NCBI GenBank assembly: GCA_001443385.1
Contig: LDXP01000002.1
Location: forward strand, 38,534-102,533
DNA length: 64,000 nt
Direction: 5' to 3'
Origin: Candidatus Rokubacteria bacterium CSP1-6
GTDB taxonomy: Bacteria > Methylomirabilota > Methylomirabilia > Rokubacteriales > CSP1-6
A program made the position numbers and the translations under genes. Of this stretch, positions 49,693 through 61,200 are shown piece after piece; within the stretch, counting starts at the first letter, position 1; each line of letters opens with the position of its first letter. The notes beneath the pieces are model-generated. The model saw only the letters and a program-made list of their open reading frames with translations, made no database searches and had not been told where the DNA came from.

Positions 49693-49864
49693 GGCGTCGT
49701 CCTCCCTTGACCCTTCGGGGGAGCAACTTCGCTGCCAATCCCATCGCAGGCGCAAGTCGGCCCCAGGCCGAGGAAAAATGAGGGCCAGCAGCCACTGTCA
49801 GCTTTGAGATTGTCAGACCGCAAGCCGGAACACTGTCAGTGAGCGGACAGAGGAAGGACCGTCT

Positions 49865-50254
49865 CTAGCCTCTTCGCATTTCGGCGAAGACCTCCTTCGC
49901 CGTGAGCATCGCCTCGCGGATCAGGGGCACGCCGACATAGCCGGAGAGGAGCAGCAGGACCTCGGTCAGCTCGTCCTCGGTCCATCCCTGGCGGAGCGCC
50001 ATGTGCAGGTGGATGGCCAGTTCGGGGGTGCGGCCGGTGGCGGCGTCGGAGACCACGCAGACGAGGGTCCGCGTCTTCAGATCCAGTCCCGGCCGGGTCC
50101 ACAGCGCGCCGAAGACGGTCTCGGTCGCCACGTCGATGAACTTCTTCATGATGGGGTCAGCATAGACAGTCTGGTTCATGCGCTCCACGTAGGTGTCGCC
50201 CATGAGGGCGCGCCGCAGCTCGCGGCCCTTCCGGTAGGTCTCGCTCTCGGCCAT
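49865..50254 (-). CDS. carboxymuconolactone decarboxylase (AhpD-like) family protein
   Basis: CMD domain pattern with CVVSDAATG. Length 129 aa. Confidence 0.75.
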   Translation of the reverse strand: MAESETYRKGRELRRALMGDTYVERMNQTVYADPIMKKFIDVATETVFGALWTRPGLDLKTRTLVCVVSDAATGRTPELAIHLHMALRQGWTEDELTEVLLLLSGYVGVPLIREAMLTAKEVFAEMRRG

Positions 50255-50462
50255 GGCTCGTCTCCTGTGGTTAGGGTTGGCGCTCTCGGGTCACCCCGGT
50301 ATGATATCCTCGCGGGAGACCGAAGGGAGCCCTCATGACCGTCAGCCTCGGCATGCTCACGATGCCGTTCCACCACCCCGCCCGGGAGCACGCCACCATC
50401 CTGCGCGCGACGGAGGTGATGCCCCGGTTCGCCCAGCATGCCGGGGCGACGCGGGCGAGGTG

Positions 50463-51329
50463 ATGGCCGGACTCGCGAGCGTGATCGGGCTCCTCCATCC
50501 GGGGGAAATGGGCTCGGCCGTCGGCGCAACCCTGGTGGCCGGCGGCTCGCGGGTTTTGTGGGCGTCCGAGGGGCGGGGAGCGCGGACGCGGCAGCGAGCG
50601 GAGGAGATCGGCCTCGAGGACGCGGGCACCCTCGAGCGGCTCGCCCGCCGCGCGGAGGTGATCGTCTCGGTGGCGCCGCCCCACGCGGCCGTGGACGTGG
50701 CGCGCGCGGTCGCCGCCCTCCGGTTCACGGGCCTCTTCGTGGACGCCAACGCGGTCTCACCCGAGACGGCGCGCGAGATCGGTCGCATCGTCGAGCGCGG
50801 CGGCGCTCGCTTCGTCGACGGCGGCATCATCGGGCCCGCCAACCGCAGGCCCGGTGCGGCGCGCATCTACCTCTCGGGCGCGGAGGCGGCGCGGGCGGCC
50901 CTCCTCTTCGCCGCCGGCCCAGTGAACGCCGTGGCGCTCGACGGGCCCGTGGGCGCGGGCTCAGCGCTCAAGATGGCCTTCGCCGGCTGGAATAAGGGGA
51001 TGCAGGCCCTCCTCATGGCGATCCGCGCCCTCGCCGCGGCCGAGGGGGTGGATCAGGCCCTCCTGGCCGAGTGGCGCATCTCCATGCCCGAGGTCCCCGC
51101 GCGCTCCGAGCGCACCATCCACGACAACGCCCGGAAGGCCTGGCGCTTCGTGGGCGAGATGGAGCAGATCGCCCGGACGTTCGCGCAGGCCGGGCTCCCC
51201 ACGGGGTTCCACGACGCGGCCGGCGAGGTCTATCGCCGTTTGGCCGGCTACAAGGACACCGCGACACCGCCCTCCGTGGAAGAGGCGATCGCCGCTCTCC
51301 TCAAGCGCGTCACGCGCGAGGGCAGCTGA
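50463..51329 (+). CDS. NAD(P)-binding 6PGDH/HIBADH-like oxidoreductase family protein
   Basis: The internal ATG gives a Rossmann N-terminus IGLLHPGEMGSAVG. Upstream low-complexity extension rejected. Confidence 0.7.
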   Translation: MAGLASVIGLLHPGEMGSAVGATLVAGGSRVLWASEGRGARTRQRAEEIGLEDAGTLERLARRAEVIVSVAPPHAAVDVARAVAALRFTGLFVDANAVSPETAREIGRIVERGGARFVDGGIIGPANRRPGAARIYLSGAEAARAALLFAAGPVNAVALDGPVGAGSALKMAFAGWNKGMQALLMAIRALAAAEGVDQALLAEWRISMPEVPARSERTIHDNARKAWRFVGEMEQIARTFAQAGLPTGFHDAAGEVYRRLAGYKDTATPPSVEEAIAALLKRVTREGS

Positions 51330-51491
51330 GCCTCGGCAAGGCCGCCCCCCATCAATTGGTCGCGGGGGCCCACTTTGAATTGTGGGCGCTCTTGATGCCA
51401 ACCCTGGGCAGCGCTTCGTTGCAATCGTGGCCTTGACAGGTCCGTCATCCCCGCCGTACCCTCCGAATGCTTGAACGACAGGAGGAACCGC

Positions 51492-52127
51492 ATGCCCAGC
51501 GTGGACTACCAGCGGCTCGTAATGCCGCTCGGCGAAGCGATCTTCACCCAGCGGTCCATCCGTCGCTTCCGCCCCACCCCGATCCCCATGGAAGACCTCC
51601 GGCTCATCGTGGAGGCGGCGGTGCGCGCGCCGAACGGCGGCAACCGCCAGATCACCCGCTTCCTGGTCGTGACGGACCGCGCGCGCATCCGGGAGTTCGG
51701 CGCGCTCTACCGCGAGGCGTGGTGGGCCAAGCGCCGGGACGAGGGCCACGCCTGGAAGGGCATCGACGACATCCCGCCGGAGGAGAAGACCCATCGGGCG
51801 GCGGCGGGGCTCGCCGACGAGATGAAAGACGTGCCGTGCGTGGTGTTCGCCCTTGCGATGCCGCCCGGGGTGGCCAACTCCGTCATCCCGGCGGCCCAAA
51901 ACCTGATGCTCGCCGCCCGGGCCCTCGGCATCGGGTCGGTCCCGACCACGCTCCACCCGAGCGTCATGGACCGATTCCGCACCATGTTCGGGATCCCGAA
52001 GGACGTCGCCTTCCACTTCTGCATCCCGCTCGGGTACCCCCAAGGGACGTTCGGCCCGAACGTGCGGCGGCCGACCGCGGAGACGACGTTCCTTGACCGC
52101 TGGGGCGGCGCCGTGCCGTGGCCGTGA
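51492..52127 (+). CDS. nitroreductase family protein
   Basis: A GGAGG lies 6 nt before the ATG at 51492. FTQRSIRRF and APNGGNRQ motifs. Confidence 0.82.
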   Translation: MPSVDYQRLVMPLGEAIFTQRSIRRFRPTPIPMEDLRLIVEAAVRAPNGGNRQITRFLVVTDRARIREFGALYREAWWAKRRDEGHAWKGIDDIPPEEKTHRAAAGLADEMKDVPCVVFALAMPPGVANSVIPAAQNLMLAARALGIGSVPTTLHPSVMDRFRTMFGIPKDVAFHFCIPLGYPQGTFGPNVRRPTAETTFLDRWGGAVPWP

Positions 52128-52148
52128 CAGTGGGTGAAGGGGGTCTCT

Positions 52149-52916
52149 ATGTACCACACAAACATGTATGAAGGCATGCTGGCGGAAACCATCACCATGC
52201 GTGGGGCCAAGGGGGATGTCATCAATGCCTACTATGCCCGGCCTCTGGGGCCCGGACCCTTCCCCGGCATGGTCGCGATCCACCACGCACCCGGCTGGGA
52301 TGAATGGTACCGGGAGGCCACCCGCAAGTTCGCCCACCATGGGTACGCGGCGATTTCTCCCAACCTTTATTTCCGGGACGGCCATGGGACGCCAGAAGAT
52401 GTGGGGGCCAAAGTGCGGGCGGCTGGCGGCGTTCCGGACGACCAGGCGGTCGGCGATGTTGAAGGGGCCATGCGGTACCTGCGCTCGCTTCCGTACGTCA
52501 ACGGCAAGGTGGGTGTCTTCGGCACCTGTTCGGGGGGCCGACACGCGTTTCTCGTCGCGTGTCGTGTGAAGGGCTTTGACGCGGCCGTGGACTGCTGGGG
52601 TGGGCGTGTGGTGATGTCGAAGGAAGAGCTGACCGCCAAGCAACCCGTTGCCCCGATCGACTACACCAAGGACCTCCCATGCCCGCTCCTGGGCCTCTTT
52701 GGCGCGGAGGACAAGAGCCCATCCCCGGAGCAGGTGGCCCAGCACGAGCAGGAACTCAAGAAGCACGGCAAGACCTACGAGTTCCACATGTATTCCCAGG
52801 CGGGCCATGGCTTCTTCTACTACGACCGGCCGGCCTATCGCCAGGAGCAGGCGGTGGACGGCTGGAAGAAGGTGTTTGCCTTCCTCGAAAAGCATCTGCG
52901 TACGTCTGCCAAGTAA
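52149..52916 (+). CDS. dienelactone hydrolase family protein
   Basis: GTCSGG nucleophile motif. DLH fold pattern. The start at the ATG at 52149 has a G-rich RBS; the listed ORF begins at the GTG at 52134. Confidence 0.8.
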   Translation: MYHTNMYEGMLAETITMRGAKGDVINAYYARPLGPGPFPGMVAIHHAPGWDEWYREATRKFAHHGYAAISPNLYFRDGHGTPEDVGAKVRAAGGVPDDQAVGDVEGAMRYLRSLPYVNGKVGVFGTCSGGRHAFLVACRVKGFDAAVDCWGGRVVMSKEELTAKQPVAPIDYTKDLPCPLLGLFGAEDKSPSPEQVAQHEQELKKHGKTYEFHMYSQAGHGFFYYDRPAYRQEQAVDGWKKVFAFLEKHLRTSAK

Positions 52917-52927
52917 GGAGCGCGACC

Positions 52928-53203
52928 ATGTGCACGATGATCGTCCAGCAAGCGGCGATAGATGGCAGCGGCAAGGGAACCCAGGGCTGGTTCACGGTGC
53001 GCCAGATCAACGTGTCCTATGACCACCCCTACCACGTACCGCTAGAGCATGCGCTGAACATCGACTTCGTGAATGAGGCCGAGGGCCCCGGGGCCCGGGT
53101 CGCGGTGGAGCTGAGCGTGCAGTCGGCCCGCCACCTGGTCCAGACCATCCGGGCGGTGCTGGCCCGGGCTGAGGCCGGCGGCTACCTGGAGGGCGCCAGA
53201 TGA
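52928..53203 (+). CDS. hypothetical 91-aa protein
   Basis: Tightly coupled in the DLH-to-alpha/beta-hydrolase operon. Confidence 0.45.
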   Translation: MCTMIVQQAAIDGSGKGTQGWFTVRQINVSYDHPYHVPLEHALNIDFVNEAEGPGARVAVELSVQSARHLVQTIRAVLARAEAGGYLEGAR

Positions 53204-53565
53204 TCGACCGGATTCGGGACCGGGTGAACGCGAACGCGGGGCTGGTCCGCCGCGGGCAGTATGTCAGCCTGCCGTTCCTGCTCGGCATCGGGGAGGAAGA
53301 CTACGTCGTCACGATCGAGAAGGGCCGTGTCTCATCGGTGGAGCCGCGGCGACTCGCCACGGCGACAGGCCGCTTCACGATCCGCGCCGCGAAGGCGGTG
53401 TGGGACGAGTTCTGGAAGCCCGTCCCAAAGCGGAACCACCACGACCTCTGGGCGATGCTCGCGGCGGGGATCGCGAAGATCGACGGCGACCTGCTGCCGC
53501 TGATGCAAAACTTGCAATACTTCAAGGACGTCCTGGCCGCGCCGCGGCCACCGCGGGAGGGCTGA
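53200..53565 (+). CDS. hypothetical 121-aa protein
   Basis: ATGA overlap with the upstream ORF. Balanced composition. Confidence 0.5.
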   Translation: MIDRIRDRVNANAGLVRRGQYVSLPFLLGIGEEDYVVTIEKGRVSSVEPRRLATATGRFTIRAAKAVWDEFWKPVPKRNHHDLWAMLAAGIAKIDGDLLPLMQNLQYFKDVLAAPRPPREG

Positions 53566-53569
53566 AGCC

Positions 53570-54421
53570 ATGCCGGAGTTCGAGCCGATCGTCGGGCGCT
53601 ACTTCAAGATGAACGTGGCCGGCGACGACTACCGCATCCACGTCGAGGAAGCGGGCCGCGGAACCCCCCTCGTCTGCCTGCACACCGCCGGCGCCGACAC
53701 GCGGCAGTACCGCCACCTCATGTGCGACCCCGCAATCACCAACCACTACCGGGTCATCGCCTTCGACCTGCCGTGGCACGGCAAGTCGAACCCGCCGGTC
53801 GGCTGGCGCGACCGCGAGTACCGGCTGACGACCGACCTCTACGTGCAGACGATCATGGCCTTCTGTCGCGCGATGGCGCTCGAGCGGCCGGTCGTCATGG
53901 GCTGCTCGATGGGCGGACGTGTCGTGCTGCACCTCGCGTTGAAGCATGCCATCGATTTCCGCGCGGTGATCGCTCTCGAGGGGGCCGATCGGGTCGAGCC
54001 CTATTACGAGCTCGACTGGCTGCACCGCCCGGACGTCAATGGCGGTGAGGTGTGCGCTGCCTTCGTCTCAGGCCAAGTCGCGCCGCAGAGCCCGGATGAA
54101 CACCGGTGGGAGACGCTGTGGATGTACATGCAGAGCGGGCCCGGCATCTTCAAGGGTGACCTGTACTTCTACTGGTACGACGGGCACTTCGATGACCGCT
54201 CGCCGAAGATCGACACCGCCCGCTGCCCCGTCTACCTGCTGTCGGGCGAGTACGATTCCTCCTGCACCCCCGAGCGCACCGAGGCGACCGCGTCGCGCAT
54301 CAAGGGGTCGAAGGCCACGGTGATGGAGGGCATCGGGCATTTCCCCATGGCGGAGAACCCGGCGCTGTTCCGGAAATACATCCTGCCGGTCCTGGACGAG
54401 ATCCGCGAGACGGTTAGATAG
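53570..54421 (+). CDS. alpha/beta-fold hydrolase
   Basis: Nucleophile elbow GCSMGG. HGKS and GHFP motifs. Confidence 0.82.
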   Translation: MPEFEPIVGRYFKMNVAGDDYRIHVEEAGRGTPLVCLHTAGADTRQYRHLMCDPAITNHYRVIAFDLPWHGKSNPPVGWRDREYRLTTDLYVQTIMAFCRAMALERPVVMGCSMGGRVVLHLALKHAIDFRAVIALEGADRVEPYYELDWLHRPDVNGGEVCAAFVSGQVAPQSPDEHRWETLWMYMQSGPGIFKGDLYFYWYDGHFDDRSPKIDTARCPVYLLSGEYDSSCTPERTEATASRIKGSKATVMEGIGHFPMAENPALFRKYILPVLDEIRETVR

Positions 54422-54491
54422 CCTGTAGGGCCCCGTTCGATGGCCGCCCGCTACGACGGGATCGGGCTCCCGCGCGAGCTCTAGCCCGGGG

Positions 54492-54803
54492 CTACGGGCC
54501 CTGCACAACGGGAGCGGGAGCGTGCACGGCCGCCGCGGGCGGCTCGGAGACGGGCCAGCAGGTGCGCGGAGCGGCGTCGGAGTCCACGCAGGCCAGGAGC
54601 ACCGGGCCCGCGTCGGCCCACCTGCCGTGGAGGTTCGCCACGATGAGGTAGGCGATGACGATGACGCCCGCGATGACGAGGGAGACGATGGCGATGGTGG
54701 TGAGCACGTCCGCCTCGGCCCGCGCGGGGGCGGCCAGCGTGAGGACAAGCACCGCGACTAGGATCACCGCCACCACTCGAAGGCCCGGCCAGGAGGGTGT
54801 CAT
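54492..54803 (-). CDS. hypothetical small membrane protein
   Basis: Two hydrophobic helices. 103 aa. Confidence 0.4.
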   Translation of the reverse strand: MTPSWPGLRVVAVILVAVLVLTLAAPARAEADVLTTIAIVSLVIAGVIVIAYLIVANLHGRWADAGPVLLACVDSDAAPRTCWPVSEPPAAAVHAPAPVVQGP

Positions 54804-54966
54804 GGCACGATTATAGGCGTCCCGGGGCCGAGGACCGAGGAAAAACTCCGGGTCTAAAGACCGCGATGCAGTTGGATCTCGGGGATCAACGGGTACCCCG
54901 TAGATGCGGCTATTGACTTACTTACACAGTTACCAATAGTTAAGTTGATGGCTTAGGAGGTTAGCG

Positions 54967-55125
54967 ATGGCAAGGTGCGAAGCTTGTGGAAGAGAACTCA
55001 AGGACGAAGCGCAGCGATTCTGCAGCGACGAGTGCCGCGGCGTCTTCATGAAAAGATCGAAGCAGGGCACACCGAGGTCCCCAGGGCGAACCGCCGCAAG
55101 AAGGCGGCGCCGGCGTGGACGCTGA
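54967..55125 (+). CDS. unlisted 52-aa zinc-ribbon protein (C-x2-C ... FCS-x-E-C), Arg-rich tail
   Basis: ATG at 54967 with a perfect AGGAGG 7 nt upstream. Preceded by an AT-rich promoter-like stretch (TTGACT at 54914). Translation: MARCEACGRELKDEAQRFCSDECRGVFMKRSKQGTPRSPGRTAARRRRRRGR. Confidence 0.55.
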   Translation: MARCEACGRELKDEAQRFCSDECRGVFMKRSKQGTPRSPGRTAARRRRRRGR

Positions 55126-55275
55126 AGTCAAATGACGACACTTACCGGAGGTGCGTCAACATCTCCCGTGGTTGGCTCCTAACGGAGCGCGGCCCGGGCC
55201 GGTGAACGACGCCGGATGCGTCAGCCATGAAGGCCGGGTGGCGGCCACGCCACTCTAACACGAGACGAACACTGG

Positions 55276-55292
55276 CCTCGGCTCAGCCGAGG
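55276..55292 (-). terminator. hairpin CCTCGGC-TCA-GCCGAGG overlapping the stop codon of the glucan synthase gene
   Basis: A 7-bp perfect stem. The TGA of the minus-strand gene is the loop. It lies between convergent genes. Confidence 0.35.
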
Positions 55293-58200
55293 ACGATTCG
55301 GACGCGATGTCTTTTCCGGTCATCGGCGAGCATGATGCTGAGCTCGCCGTCGAGGGAGACGCCATCAACCTCCACTGACGACACTCCCCGGGACACACCC
55401 TGTGTGTTCTCCACGACGATGTCATAACGCGCGGAGCGATAGCGGAATACCATCTCGAAGCCGTGCCACGCACGCGGGATACACGGGTCTACCGCGAGCC
55501 GCGCGCCACGCAGCCGGAACCCGAGAATCGACTCCACCCCCGCCCGATACATCCAACCCGCTGATCCCGTGTACCACGTCCAGCCCCCGCGGCCGACGTG
55601 CGGCGGCTCGGCGTAGACGTCCGCCGCGACGACGTAGGGCTCGACCTTGTAGCGTCGAACGCCCGCTTCCGTGCTGGCGTGGTTGATCGGATTCAACATC
55701 GCGAAGAGTTCGACGGCTTTATCCCCGTCGCCGAGCGCCGCGAAGGCGATCGCCGACCAGATTGCCGCATGCGTGTATTGCCCGCCGTTCTCCCGGACGC
55801 CGGGCAAATACCCCTTGATGTAGCCGGGCTCCAGGGGTGTGTCGTCGAATGGCGGTGTGAAAAGCAATACGAGGCCGTCTGCGCGACGCACGAGGTATTC
55901 GTCGACAGCTGCCATGGCGCGCGCTCCGCGTGCCGGGTCAGCCGCCGCCGAGATCACGCTCCAGGATTGCGCGATCGAATCCATGCGGCATGCGTCGTTG
56001 ACGGCGGACCCGAGCGGCGTCCCGTCATCGAAGAAGGCACGCCGATACCAGTCGCCGTCCCAGGCCTCGCGTTCGAGCGACTCCTTCAGCGCGCTCACGT
56101 AGCTCCGCCACCTCTCAGCGCGCTCGCCCTCCCCGCGCGCGTCGGCCAGCTTCGCCCATTCGGACAGAACCGCGTGCAGGAACCACCCCAGCCAGACGCT
56201 CTCCCCCTTCCCTTCGGCACCCACCTCGTTCATCCCATCGTTCCAATCCCCCGTGCCCATCAGAGGCAGGCCGTGAGTTCCGGCCGTCAGGCTGTGGTCG
56301 AGCGCGCGCACACAGTGCTCGAAGAGGGTGCCCCGCTCTTCAGAGACGCGTGGTTCGAAGTACGACTCGCGCTGTCCGACCACGAGTTTCGGCCCATCCA
56401 GGAAGGGAACGATCTCGTCGAGGACAGCGCCGTCGCCGGTGACCTCGACATACTGGGCGACGACGTACGGGAGCCAGAGCGGGTCATCGGAGATTCGGGT
56501 TCGGACGCCGCGACCGCCGGGCGGGTGCCACCAGTGCTGGACGTCACCCTCGACGAATTGCCGCGCCGCGGCCCCGAGCACATGCTGCCGCGCCAGCTCG
56601 GGCTCGGACACCGCGAGTGCCATCACGTCTTGAAGCTGATCGCGAAACCCGTACGCCCCACTGGCCTGATAGAACGCCGACCGCGCCCAGACCCGACACG
56701 CAAGCGTCTGGTACAGCAGCCACCGGTTGAGCAGTATGTCCATGGCCCGGTCGGGCGTCGCGACCTGCAGGGTGCCGAGCACCTCGTCCCAGCGCTCGCC
56801 GACAGCCCGCAAGACCGCCGCCACGTCACGGGTCCGGTAGCGAACGATCAGCTCCCTCGCCTGCTCGGGGCTCGCCGCCTCGCCGAGGAAGAACACGGCC
56901 TCCGCCCGTCCTCCAGCGGGCAGCTCGATCGTCGCCTGTAGGGCGCTGCACGGATCGAGGCCGGCGCCGACCCGTCCCGAGAGCCGGTCTCTTCGCGCGA
57001 GCGCCGCTGGATAATCCGGCGTGCCGTGACGCCCGAGAAATTCCGTCCGGTCGGCGGTCCACGCCGTTTGAGTCCCGCCGAGGTCGGCAAACGCGACGCG
57101 ACCGCCGAATTCGCGGCTCCACGCGTTACGCGCGAACATCGCGCCCGTCTTCCCGTCGATCTCGGTGACGACGAACGGCGCGGCGGCGCTCCGCGACACA
57201 CCGAGGACCCATTCGACGTAGGCGGTCACGGACAGCCGCCGTGCCCGGCCCGACGAGTTCGTCAGAGTGAGACGCGAGATCTTGATGGAGTCGTCGAGCG
57301 GCACAAGCTGCAGCAGCTCGAGCGAGACGCCGTGCGAGACGTGTTCGAAGGAAGTGTAGCCCTGCCCATGCCGGATGACGTAGGGTGAGGTCCCCTCGCG
57401 AATGGGGAGCGCCGTCGGACCCCACAGATCTCCGGTCTCTTCGTCCCGGACGTAGATCGTCTCGCCCGCCGGGTCGCTGACCGGATCGTTCGACCAGGGG
57501 GTGAGCTGGTTCTCGCGGCTGTTGACCGACCACGTGTACCCCGAACCCGACTCGGAGACCTGGAAGCCGAAACTCGAATTCGCGATCACGTTGAGCCACG
57601 GCGCCGGCGTCCACCGCCCCTCGCCGAGGATCGCTACGTACTCGCGTCCATCCGCCTCGAAACCGCCGAGGCCGTTGAAGAGCTCGAGATCCGGCTGCGG
57701 GATCGCCACCTCCGACGTCAACTTCGTCGCCGCCCGCCGCCGTGGCTGAGCGACCGGAGCGGCGTCGGGTCGCTCCGCACGCGTCATCTGCTCGGCGAGC
57801 GTCCCGCGCTGGCTCGACAGCACCGCGCGCGCCACGGCCTGTAGCACGTCACGTTCCGGCGCCGTCATGCGGTCCGCTCGGACGATATACACGTTGCCGT
57901 GCGGCCCGTGTCCATCATGGGGTTCCGCCGACTGGCTCGTGCGGAGGAGCGTCTCGAGCAACGACTGCAGATCCTGAACGTAGGACGGCGCGCGCTCGTT
58001 CAGGATCACCAGATCGACCGCGAGCTGCTTGATCCGCCAGTACTCGTGCGCGCGGAGGAGCTCCCGCACGATGCCCACGTCCTCGGGCTCGTCGATCTGA
58101 ACCAGCACGATCGGGAGGTCACCCGAAATCCCGAGAGCCCACAGCGCGTCGGGACCGCCCGTGCGACGCGCGAGCACGTCCGCGGAGGGCCGGAGCCTCC

Positions 58201-61200
58201 GGTCCGAGTAGAGCACGCGGCTGGCGAGGCTCTGGAAGAGGTGCGCCTCGTCGGGACCGATCCCGAGGTGGTGCAGTTGAACCTGCGCGTGCGTCCACGC
58301 CAGCATCGCGGCGCGGTCGAACGTCGCCGCGTCGCGATACTTCTCGGCGAGGCCGAGGGCCTCCGCGCGCGACGGCGCGACGAGCGTCGAGAAGGTGACG
58401 CGCACGGTGACGCCCGGCGGAAGCCGGACGCGGCGTCGGAGGCTCACGATCGGATCGAGCACCGCGCCGACGGTGTTGGAGAGGGGCTGGCCGTCGATCA
58501 CCGCAGCTGGGGTTCGGATCCCGCGGCCGCGGCCGAGGAACCGGGCGCGGTCAGTCTCCCATTGCAGTTGGCCAACCGTCTCGCCTTCGACGACAGCCAC
58601 GTGGGCCAGCCAGACCTGGGCCTCGGCGCGGGACCGCGGCCGGCGTGTCGCCAGCAGAGTGTCGAGTTCGGGCACGCACTCCGTCTCCACGCTCAGGTTG
58701 GAAAACGCCGGGTGGGCCGCGTCCGCCGCCGGCGGCGCCAGCACGACTTCGGCGTACGACGTGAGCTCGACCTCCCGGCTCTTCGCCCCGACATTCGTGA
58801 GCGATACGCGACGCACCTCGGCATCGTCCTCCGGCGACACGATCACCTGGAGCGTGGTGCGGATGGCGCGGTCTCGCCGGACGATCTCCGCCCGATCCTC
58901 GGAGAACGTGACCTCGTAACTGTCCGGCTCGCCTCCACGCGGCTGGTACCCAGCCGACCAGCTCTCGCCACTCTCGACGTCGCGAAGGAACACGTACGAT
59001 CCCCACGCGTCGCGCGTGACGTCTTCCCGCCACCGCGTGATCGCGAGATCGCGCCAGCGGCTGTATCCCGAGCCCGCCGCCGTCAGCATCACCGCATATC
59101 GCCCGTTCGAGAGCAGATGTGTGCGCGGCATCGAGCCGTGCGGCGAGGTGAAGTGCCTCACGACCGGCGGGATGAACTCGCGCACGTCGCCGACGGCCTG
59201 CACCTCTTCGGCGCGCGGCCGGGCGACCGCCACGTCACGCGGCGTCCGTTCCTGCAGCAGCAGCTCGGTGGCCCGGACCATCGGCTCGGCATGGAAGCGC
59301 GCGCGCATCGCGCCGTCGTGGAGGGCGTTCGCGATCGCGACGATTACCATCCCCTGGTGGTGCGCCATGTAGGCGCGCACCACCGCGAGCTCGGCAGCCT
59401 CCGGAAGCCGGGGTGCGGTGTAGTCGAGCGCCTCGTAGAAGCCGTAGGCGCCGCTGGCCCCGGCGGCCGCCAGGCGCCGGAAGTTTCGAACCGCGGCCGT
59501 TGGATCGATCATGGCCGCCAGTCCCGTCGCATAGGGCGCGATGACGACGTCCTCGCCGAGTCCGCGTCGCAGCCCGAGCCCCGGTACACCGAAGCTCGAA
59601 TACTGGTAGGTCATCTCCCGGTCGCGCGCGTTGTAGCCGGACTCCGACACACCCCACGGCACGCCGCGCTCGGCGCCATACGTGATCTGCCGGCCAACGG
59701 CGAGTCGGGATGTCTGCTCGAGCAGGCTTCCCGCCGGCGCTCGCATGACGAGCGCCGGCATCAGGTATTCGAACATCGATCCCGCCCAGGACACGAGCAC
59801 GGAGTCCTGCTCCACCGGTGTGAGGGCGCGGCCCAGCCGGAACCAGTGCGACACGGGGACGTCGCCCTTGGCGATCGCGACGAAGCTCGCGAGACGGGCT
59901 TCCGATGCGAGGAGGTCGTACCGACCGGGGTCGAGGCTGCCGTCCGTGACGCGGTACCCGATCGCCAACAGCTTCCGCCTTGGATCGAAGAGAAAGCGGA
60001 AGTCCATGGCCCCGACCATCCCCCGCGCGCTCCGGGCGAGGATCGTGAGGCGACGAATGAGCGTGTCGGGCATGTCGAGGTCGCGCGCGTGGCTTTCGAC
60101 AGTGGCGCAGAGCGCGTCCGCCCAGACGAGGACGTCCGTCTGCGCGCTCTGAGGATCTTCGTCGGTCAGCGCTCGTGCGGTGCCCAGCACCGTGTGAGCG
60201 TGTGCCTTCAGCGTCGCGAGCCGAGACACCCACTCCGACGCATCGTGCGGGGGCTCCTGGACTGCCGCCGTGACGGCGTCGATGGCCTCGTCCAGGCGCC
60301 CGCGGGTGACCGTGCGCGGGCGGGCATCGCCGGCCGTCACGAGGGTCGAGAGGCGGACGAGCAGCGCGGTGTCTTCGATCCCGACGAGCGCCGCGCGGTC
60401 GAGGAGCGGGCGGTCGATCATCTCTTCACAGGCGTGCGCGAGCGCGATGAGATGACCGGCGAGATTTCCGCTGTCGACCGACGACACGTACTTCGGGTCG
60501 AGAGGATGGCAGTCTTTCGTGTCGTACCAGTTGTAGAAGTGGCCCCGGAAGCGCTCGAGGGCGTTCATCGTCTCGAGCGTGGCCTCGAGACGCTCGACGG
60601 CGTCGAGCGTGCCGAGCCAGCCGAAATCGCGCGCGGCCACCGTGGACAGCAAGTACAGTCCGATGTTCGTGGGCGACGTGCGATGCGCCACCGACGGGCT
60701 CGGCGTCTCCTCGAAGTTGTCGGGCGGCAACGCGTGGTCTTCGGGACCGACGAACGTCGCGAAGAACCGCCACGTCCGACGCGCGATCAACCGGAGGGCT
60801 CGCGCATCGGCCGACGAGAGCGGCTGGGTGCTCGCAGTGCGCCGCAGCACGCTGATCCATCGAGCCACCGCGGGGGACGCGGCCCACAGCATGAAAAAGG
60901 GCAGCGCGGCGGGCCAGGCCTCGGGCCGCCGCCACGCGACGGCCACCGCCGCGGCGGCGGCGAGCGCGACCCCGCCGCCCATTCGACGGTAGAAGCCCCG
61001 GAGATCGAGACGGAGACCGGCTTTCGCTTGCGCCGCGGTCACCCATTCCAGCAGCCTGCGATGCGTGACGTAGACGCGGACGAGCGTCCGCACAATTGCG
61101 TCGCTCATCAGCCAGGCCTGGTGCGGCAGCATGGTGATCGTGAGCCCGATCTGCGAGGCGGCCAGGACGATGTCTCTGCCTACCGCGCGGGTATGGCTGC

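Noticed and set aside
50335-50463. 42-codon upstream ORF (MTVSLGMLTMPFHHPAREHATILRATEVMPRFAQHAGATRAR) before the NAD-binding oxidoreductase gene
   Set aside because: No RBS or conservation evidence is available. It may be a leader peptide but cannot be supported from sequence alone.
54422-54505. Long-range imperfect inverted repeat (CTGTAGGGCCC ... GGGCCCTGCAC) after the alpha/beta hydrolase gene
   Set aside because: The intervening loop is about 60 nt and the stem has a mismatch. It is not a convincing terminator.
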